DNA from: Octopus sinensis
Taxonomy: Eukaryota
Direction: 5' to 3'
NCBI RefSeq assembly: GCF_006345805.1
Contig: NC_042998.1
Location: forward strand, 148,490,001 to 148,554,000
Length of the DNA: 64,000 bases
Shown here in pieces: positions 55,786 to 64,000 of this stretch. The notes beneath the pieces were generated by a model. The model made no database searches and was not told the DNA's origin. It worked only from the letters and a program-made list of their open reading frames with translations. Numbering within the stretch: the stretch's first letter is position 1; each line of letters starts with the position of its first letter. Both the position numbers and the translations under genes were made by a program.

Positions 55786-55823
<38 letters not shown>

Positions 55824-56157
55824 CTATCTGTCTGTCTGTCTGTGTGTCTGTGTGTCTGTCTGTCTGTCTATGTATGTATGTATGTATGTATGTATGTATG
55901 TATGTATGTATGTATATATGTATGTATTTATACAGATGTATATAGATGCATGCAAACATACATGTGTATTCATATATAACAGTTTCTCACAACTATCCAA
56001 AACTCATGATTGCTCATTCAAACTTTATGAAAAAAAAATGCAAAAACTATACGCGTAAAAAAAACCGAAGCAGAGAAAAATAACATACATGCGGACATGC
56101 ATACATACATATATACATACATACATTCATACATACATACATACATACATACATACA

Positions 56158-56188
<31 letters not shown>

Positions 56189-56189
56189 C

Positions 56190-56224
<35 letters not shown>

Positions 56225-56555
56225 TATATATATACACACACACATATATATATACACATATATATATACATATATCGACGCACTTATATATATACACACC
56301 AGATATATATATATATATACTGTATATATATAATATATATATATATAATATATATATGTATATATACATATATGTAAGCATATATATATATATATATATA
56401 TATATGTTATACATATATATATGTATGCATATATATATTTTATATATAATACACAAATAGATATGCATGTATGTATGCAATATATATAGTAATATATATA
56501 TATATTATAGTATAATATATATATGTGGTATGTGTATATATACATATACATATAT

Positions 56556-56617
<62 letters not shown>

Positions 56618-56700
56618 CACATACCTATATTTTCATTATGTACATAAATACATATACATATATACACACAAATGCATACTTGCATGCAATATACACACAA
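55600..56700. repeat. (TA)/(TATG)/(CATA) compound microsatellite field
   Basis: Directly visible. Confidence 0.95.
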
Positions 56701-56879
56701 ACACCAATTTGTTTATGAATTTGCTTTTCTTCGCGAAATTGTGTTTTATACTGGTGCCAAGTGTTTTGGCGCCAAACATCTCCTGCTGGGTTGGCCTGCA
56801 AAAGAATGAAGTCGAAGATGAGAGATGTATAGCGTTGCGAAAGAAAGAATATACGTATAAAAAATATAATTGATAAGTG

Positions 56880-57653
56880 GTGAGTATGGAAGTGGAGGGT
56901 GGGAAATAAGACTGTAGAAGAATGAGAGAGGAGATTAACAGGGGAGATTAACAGAGAATATAAAGATCGAGGAATGGATGAGCGTGATAGATAGAAGAAT
57001 AGATAGATAGATAGATAGATTGTAAGGAAGTGAGTGAGTGAGTGAGAGAAAGAGAGAGAGCAAGAGAGTGAGTGAGAGAGAAAGAAGGAGAAAGAGGAGA
57101 GAGAGGGAGCTAGAAGAAGCAAGTAGAGAGATGTCGTGTTTTCAGAAAACTCGAAGTCATTGAAAGTGTTGAGGAGAAAGAGATGAAGAAAGCATGTAAG
57201 GTGTAGAAAGAGAGAAAAAAAGGGAGCGTGGAATTATAAAAAGCGGCAGTGAAAGGAGGAGAGTGTGAGGGAAGAGAGAATGGAAATGATAGAAGTGAAG
57301 GGAGAAGGGAGAAATGATGGTGGAAGCAGATGAAGACATCTTGGTTGTGAAAGATAGATAGATGGATAGATAGATAGCTGGATAAATAGATAGACAGGGA
57401 AAGAGAGAGGGAGAGAGAGAGGGGGTAGGAAGAGTGGAGACTGAGGCCAAAAGAATGTTAGTTAAATATGGAGTGATTAAGAGTGTGACAGAAGGAAAGA
57501 GACAGAGAGAATTTAGATTAGTTTTTATATTCGGGAAGGTGAGAAGATGAAGTAAAGTAAAGGAAAAAGGGAGAGACAGAGCGAGAGAGAGAAAAGGAGA
57601 AAGAGTTAGAAAGATAGTAGAGATGGTCGAGAGAAGGAGAGAAAGAGAGAAGG

Positions 57654-57711
<58 letters not shown>

Positions 57712-58160
57712 GAGAGAGTAAGAGAGGTGGGGTGGAAATATACTGAAAAGAGAGGCAGAGATATACGGAAGATTTGGAAGGCATGTGTGAAAAGGAAAAC
57801 TGATCAGGTGGACAATGTGAGAGGTGAGAATATTTGGGAGGCACGTAAAGGTAAAAATATATTGAAGGTAAAGAGTATATTAATAGAGAGAGAGAGATAG
57901 AAAAGGAGAGGGAGAAAGACTGAGAAATTGAGAGAGGGAGCGAGGAAGAAGGGGAAGAGTAAGGGAGAGACCCGAAGTACAGAAAATCTCTTATGAGCGA
58001 GAGAGAGAGAGAGGGGGGAAAGAGGAGAGAGAGAGAGGGGGAGAGAGAGAAAGAAAAAAAGGAAGATACTTTGGGAGCACTGGAGCTGAATAAAATGTAA
58101 AGTAAAATGTATGTAGAAGCGAGATTTATGCAAGGCAGAGAATGGACAGGAACGGAGAGA
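56880..58160. repeat. Purine-rich low-complexity tract ((GA)n, (GAAA)n)
   Basis: Directly visible strand-biased composition. Confidence 0.9.
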
Positions 58161-58659
58161 GGATGTTTGTGTGCGTGTCCTTGTGGATATATATCTGTTA
58201 CACACACACACACATTATATATATGAGAGGTGCACACACGCACATACATACGTGTGTGCATATATATATACATGTATGTATATAGCGGATCTATATGTGG
58301 GTATACACATCTGTGTCTGCATATGTATATATGTATGCATGCATGTATGTATGTATGTAAGTATGTATGTATGTATGTATGTATGTATGTATGTATGTAT
58401 GTATGTATGTATGTATCTATCTATCTCTCTCTCTCTCTCTCTCTATCTCTATATATATATATATATATATATGTATACGTGCGTGTCTGTGTGTTTGGGT
58501 GTATATGTGCATGTACGTGTGTATATGTCCGTGTGTGGAGAAGCAAAAACAGAGAGATATAGGGAGGGAGAGAGAGGGAGGGAGAGAGAGGGAGGGAGAG
58601 AGAGAGGGAGAGAGAGGATGCAGAAAGAAAAAGAGAATAATGGCGACATATCACTTTAT

Positions 58660-58960
58660 AGAGACGGACGTGGAAGTGAGTGTATATTGTATGTGAGAAG
58701 AGCAAGAAAGAAATATCGGCTGTTGGAAGCGGTTTAAGGCGCCATCCTCTGTACAGAGGCTGGTTGATTGACTTTTGACATCAGTGTGGTGTAGAGATGA
58801 GTTAGTCAGGGAATACATGTGGCTCCGGAAGAGAAGGACATTAACGGGGGTGGGGTGGAGTCGAGAACAGAAATGAAAGCCGACACAAGGAACTGAAAGT
58901 TGGAGGTGAAATAAAAATATAGTAAAATAACACAAAGAGTCACTGCAAAAAATATAGAGC
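58660..58960 (-). mobile_element. Possible LINE 3' remnant
   Basis: [10 protein letters not shown]...RSHMY...LNRFQQPIF loosely resembles CR1/Jockey-like C-termini. Confidence 0.3.
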
Positions 58961-59248
58961 AAAATGTTAGGTTTTGTGCACGTCTGTATCATGTGCTTGT
59001 ATATGTATGTATATATGTATATGTATATGTATGAATATATATATGTATGTATATACATATGTGTGTTGTGTGTGTATTTGTATATGCATATCCATATGCA
59101 TTTGTATAGTACATACATATGTGCGTGCATACATATATGTAAATGTACATTTTGTGCATATATATATATATGTGTAAACATATCTATGGACACACACCCA
59201 TGTACATATAGTATATATATATATATACACACACACATACACATACTA

Positions 59249-59299
<51 letters not shown>

Positions 59300-60054
59300 T
59301 ATAATAAAATGTTCAAAACTTTTTGGTTCTTTTCCTGTGTTTTTGAGGATTGAGGGGAAATGATCTAAGTTTAAATACTGTGCCTTAAAGAAATATAGGA
59401 AAAACTTTAAACAAATCAGCTTGCATTGTATTCCTAGTAAAGATGCTCTTGTAGGCGAATACTTGATATCTTTAGGTGAGAAATCTTCATTTCTTGTCTG
59501 ATGATTGCGTTAGCGTAAAACTCGAATCAGGAGAAAAAAACATTCAGTTTCTCTGAAACTTTGAGTTTCGACCGTGGTACGTAATCTATAAATTTTAACG
59601 TGTAGACATTGGGTTAAAAACTCTTTGGATGAGAAAAGTCGACAGATTGTTTTGGTGTATTCGAGGAATGCCTACTATATTTGGAGAAGATGCGTCCCCT
59701 TTGCTCAACGAAATCAGAATGAAAAATGCTGCTCAAGTCAGGAATAATATAGTGTGTATGGACGGAGTACTTTATTTGTTGATCCTTCCAATAACGGAAC
59801 AGTTTTTATGCTTTCGTTTCTCGTTGTGTCCTACATTTATTTGTAGTGTCCTGTACCCATATATGCATGTATATATACATATAGATGTAGGTATGTACAT
59901 ATATGTATGTATGCATGCATATATTTTATTTATTAAATTGTTATTATATGATCGAACGCACGCGTCATCTTCATCCAAGTAAGTTTTATTTCAATAATTA
60001 TGGCGCATACTCTTAACTCTTTACTTGACCTTTCCTCCCTGCCTATCTGTCTTC

Positions 60055-60140
60055 CTCTCCACTTGTCTCTCTCTCTCTCCACTTGTCTCTCTCTCTCTCC
60101 ACTTGTCTCTCTCTCTCTCCACTTGTCTCTCTCTCTCTCT
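60055..60140. repeat. ~20-bp minisatellite (CTCCACTTGT + (CT)n) x4
   Basis: Directly visible. Confidence 0.85.
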
Positions 60141-60832
60141 CTCTTATTTTTCACCCTTTCTAGTTTCTTGTCTCCCTTTCACCGTTCCTCCTCCTCCTCC
60201 CTCTCGTCGCTGACCAGAGGGCTGCTAACTTTATTTCTGTATGCTGCCTTCAACAAGTCAACATTGGCTTTTCTGTCCTCGTAAGCCGTTCTTCAGAATG
60301 CGTTCAAATGAATTTTTCCACCATCTGGGCTTAAAAAGCCCTTATTGTTGGTTTCCTTGTCCTGTCTTTTACTGTTTTTATCTTTATTTGTACTGTTTCT
60401 TTTCTTTATTTGTATTGCTTTTACGTCCTGTTCTTGTCACCTATTTTTACCCCTCCGAAAAAAATTATTATTTAATTCGCTTTGCGGAAAGGACTTTTCA
60501 AAGTAGTCGTGTTCTGCCCTTACCTTCGAAACACGCAATGAGTCGAAACAGGGGCAGCTGAAGAAGGGGAATGTCCCTTGTGTTGTTTGTCTTGTACTCT
60601 GTTTTTTCGTTGTCAAAAAAGTCCGTTCCTGTTTTGTTTTTATGTTTTCGTTCTCGTGTGTTTTATCGTTATTGTAGTGTCCTGTACCCATATATGCATG
60701 TATATATACATATAGATGTAGGTATGTACATATATGTATGTATGTATGTATATGTTTTATTTATTAAATTGTTATTATCTATCGAACGCACGCGTCATCT
60801 TCCAAGTAAGTTTTATTACAATATATATATAT

Positions 60833-60883
<51 letters not shown>

Positions 60884-62199
60884 GTATTGGGTTTAGTTCA
60901 CAGGTGACCAAAGCGATCAGGTACGTTAGGTAAGTGCAGTAACAGATTACTGGAGCTCCAAGTTTATAGCCGAGACGGTAGTTATGGAGTCATTGCAGAT
61001 TTCCGATGCAGCAGATGCATAATTGTTAAACAGGATTTCATACATTAAGGCAAGGCAAACATCTCAAGTCATACAATATTATTATAGGAAGACATTCAAA
61101 ATCTTACAGCTGTTTCTAGGATATCCTTGAGTATGGGATATTCCCTCATCAGAGACAAATTGGGGGAAAAATTTGGAAAATGAGAATGGTATATATCAAT
61201 AAGATGACAATATAGAAGAAGGATGTAAAAGAATAAGGAGATGTAAAGAGAGAAGAAAAAAGAAGCATTAAAGTTCATTGTTCAAATTACCGAAGTTATG
61301 GAAACCAAAGCATGAGGCCTTAGGTACAATCATGCGTATATCCATTTGAGTTAAAGTCCTGATATAGTAGACATCACAAGAAAAAGACGCGAATATATCA
61401 ACGTTCAATAACAGAATGGTAACGGGGGTGGCTATTAACTGGTAAAAGTAAATAAATAGAAAGATTGATAGAGGTAGGGGGGATTTTAAGTATTGGCTAT
61501 AGAATAAAGTAAGGTACATATGTGTATAGTGTCTAAGAATTATGTATGGGGTAGCTGAGAAGATAAGAGGGAGGATGAGGAGGTAGAGGAAGATAGGGTA
61601 AACATATAGAGCGAAATGAAAGGTCAGTGGTTGTAGAGTTACTTTTAGCAATGGGGTCGAGTGTGCGTAGGTAGTCGACTACCTCAGGACAGACACAAGC
61701 AACTACTATCAAATTCCCTCCCAACAACTTTAGAATTTGAAACTACCAGATATCTACTACTCCCTTTAAATTCCTTTCATTTCACTCTATATTTTTACTC
61801 TATCTTCCTCATCTTCTCTCTTATCTTCTCATTAACCCCATACTCAATTTATTTAGTTCTGTCCACATTTGCTCGATGACATTTATGTCAGGGCTCTGAG
61901 CTGGCCAATCTTTCTCTACAGTAACACCTTCATCAGCCAGACTCTGTTGTGTTGCATGCAATCCTTGGCATGGAGTTCCGTCGTGCAGAAAAATCTAACC
62001 TTCATCCAATTCTGGTATCAAATTGTCTTTCAACAACTGGATGTATTTGACACTGTTCAAGTTACCGTCAATTTTAACCAACTTTCTTCAACGATCACTT
62101 TTTATGTATCCTCAAAGCATCAGACTCTTATCCCCAAACTTTGCTGCTTTCCTCATGTAACGTGAGTCCGTTCTCTTTTCTGGAGGCCTTCTCACTAAT

Positions 62200-62955
62200 A
62201 CTCACTTATTAGAAAGCGAAACGATCTGTGGCACGGAGTGATGCTTTTTAACGCATCGATCATTTTTTGTTTTTTCATCTCTTCCACATCTGAAAATTTT
62301 GTAGCACCAGCTTTCGTCACTCGTATTGACCTTTGAAAAAAGGGCCGGATCAACTTCCAACTCTTTTTCAGTTCACGAGACGCATTCAGTCGTGACTACT
62401 TTTGATCTTCTGCGAGCAAGCGAGGCACAAATTTTGTCGCAAACCTTTTCATTCGCAATTCCTCGCTGAAAATTCGTTGGCAGAACCAACACACCAGTCA
62501 TATCAACAAGTTCATCACTTGTTCGGTGACGATCCTCCAAGATCAATTCATGAATTTGCATGATACTTCCATTCGTTCGGGTGGTCGACGATCGTCTTGA
62601 ACGAGATTGGTCTTCAAGCGACAAATGGCCATTCTTAAAGCGTGAACACCACTCGTAAACATGTATTTTGCTCATGGCAGCATCTTTGGAAGCTATTTGA
62701 AACATGACAACTGTTTCGACCGCCGATATCCCCAGCAGAAGAATGCAGAATTTCACAGATGCACGCTGTTCCTTTGTTTCAGCCATCGTAAAAATCGACG
62801 AACAGAGAAGTACTGCAAAACAAAAAGGCATCACGTGACAGTACGACTCCAATGGACGATGCCTGAGGGTCGAATCAAGTGGAATCTAGCGGTGAAATCC
62901 TGAAGTACAATGGGTTTGTCCCACAGCGGATGTTTCCAGTTACTTTTGGGTCCGA
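62200..62955 (-). mobile_element. Mariner transposon remnant (N-terminal HTH; catalytic domain largely deleted)
   Basis: ORF 62373-62852 EQRASVKFC..LG.SAVET...VYEWCSRFKNG..SLED..RS; FSKVNTSDESWCY; TIR-like GGACCCAAAAGTAACTGGAAA at 62933-62953 on the minus strand. Confidence 0.85.
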
Positions 62956-63174
62956 GAAAATATTGATATATACAAAGAAGACACAAATCTTATGACTTCC
63001 CAAGATCGGATTCAACTACCAAAAAAGTTTTCAATCAGTAAATAATTGATAGCATATTAAGGTTCTCCACTAAAGAGAGTAAAAAGGAGTAGAAATATAC
63101 CGTAGTGTACTGTTATATAATAGACACATTATTCACAGATACGCATACTAATATACATATCTATATCGACCCTA

Positions 63175-63501
63175 TCGCATCATCGACTCCCTCACCTGCG
63201 CCTCCAGCAATATCATCTATTGCATCTCCTGCTCTCTCTGCCATTCCCTGTACACGAACAAACGGGACGTCGCTTGGCTGACCGGTTCGCGGAACACCTC
63301 CGAGACATCCGCCTCGGCAATGACACCCCGGTCTCACGCCATTTCCGCTCCACCGGTCACTCCTTGCAACACCTGTCTGTGTTCGGATTGTCCTTGCACA
63401 GAGGCCATCCGGACTCCCGTTTGCACCGTGAACAGGGATTAATCTTCTTTCTTCGCTCTTTTACGCCATTTGGGCTCAACTCTCCTCCCCTCTTCATCTA
63501 A
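63175..63501 (+). mobile_element. Penelope-like GIY-YIG endonuclease 3' fragment (different PLE type)
   Basis: LTCASSNIIYCISCSLC.SLY, then frameshifted QTGRRLADRFAEHLRDIR...PVSRHF...REQGLIFFLRSFTPFGLN. Confidence 0.88.
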
Positions 63502-64000
63502 CCTCCTCCCCGACCCCTACTTCTCTTCACTCCTACATCTTTTCACCCCTGCTCTCTTTCCCTCTTCTCTCTTGCTCTCTTTCTCTCTTCTCTCTTTCTC
63601 TCTGCTCCCCCACTCTCCTTCTCTCCTCTCTCCTCTCTACACCCTCCCTCCTACTCTCTCCTACTTCTCTCTTACTCTCTTTCTCTCCCCTCTTCCCTCT
63701 TCCCTCTTACTCTCTTTCTCTCTTCTCTCTTTCCCTCTTCCCTCTTACTCTTTCCTCTCTTATTCTCTTTCTCTCTTCTCTCTTCTCTCTTTCCCTCTTC
63801 TCTCTTGCTCTCTTTCTCTCTCTCTCTCTCCTCACATACCCACCTTCCCCTCCCACCATAAGCCCACCCACCCTACATATTCCTACTCCACCTTCCCTAT
63901 CCTTCCCATCCCCCATCCTATTCCACACCCCTCCCCCACATACCCCACCCCTACCCCCACCCTCTGCCTACCCACAAACCCCAACCCTCAGCCGAACCCA
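63500..64000. repeat. Pyrimidine/C-rich low-complexity tract
   Basis: Directly visible. Confidence 0.92.

Noticed and set aside
59495-59595. CTGATGA...AAAC hammerhead-like motif
   Set aside because: No proper GAAA after stem II and no clear stem I; better explained as a decayed inverted repeat.
60500-60580. Hammerhead at GAAAC...CTGAAGA
   Set aside because: The core elements are not in a foldable order with intact stems; at most debris.
60895-60935. Micro-exon CAG|...|GTAAGT
   Set aside because: No polypyrimidine tract; such motifs are expected by chance in 64 kb.
60960-61440. Further PLE endonuclease remnant (also 12950-13400 and 32000-33090)
   Set aside because: Motif similarity is too weak to support without a profile search.

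Overview
AT-rich, microsatellite-saturated eukaryotic DNA. The SINE families and repeat landscape suggest an octopus (coleoid cephalopod); this is an inference from recalled repeat motifs. I can support no host protein-coding gene, rRNA, intact tRNA gene or CRISPR array, and most ORFs in the supplied track are translations of microsatellites. The recognisable content is a layered set of mobile elements: a frameshifted Tx1/L1-clade LINE (APE-RT-zinc knuckle) plus a second truncated copy, both ending at (TATC)n; an R4/Dong-type RLE LINE between (TAA)n arrays; CR1-like and RTE-like remnants; several Penelope-like (PLE) RT/GIY-YIG remnants; Tc3-like and mariner remnants; a canonical non-autonomous Helitron; palindromic MITE-like elements; and about 20 tRNA-derived SINE copies in three families. 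The most interesting signals are: (1) a 358-bp tandem repeat at 11241-11925 in which each unit carries a type I hammerhead ribozyme with a compensated U3-A8 core and a palindromic minimal stem III, i.e. a candidate retrozyme/circular-RNA element; (2) a SINE subfamily whose 3' tail matches the 3' end of the Tx1 LINE in this window; (3) a compensatory stem-loop shared by a second SINE tail and a short retroposed 3' fragment; (4) foldback elements with a tRNA-like sequence in their loop.
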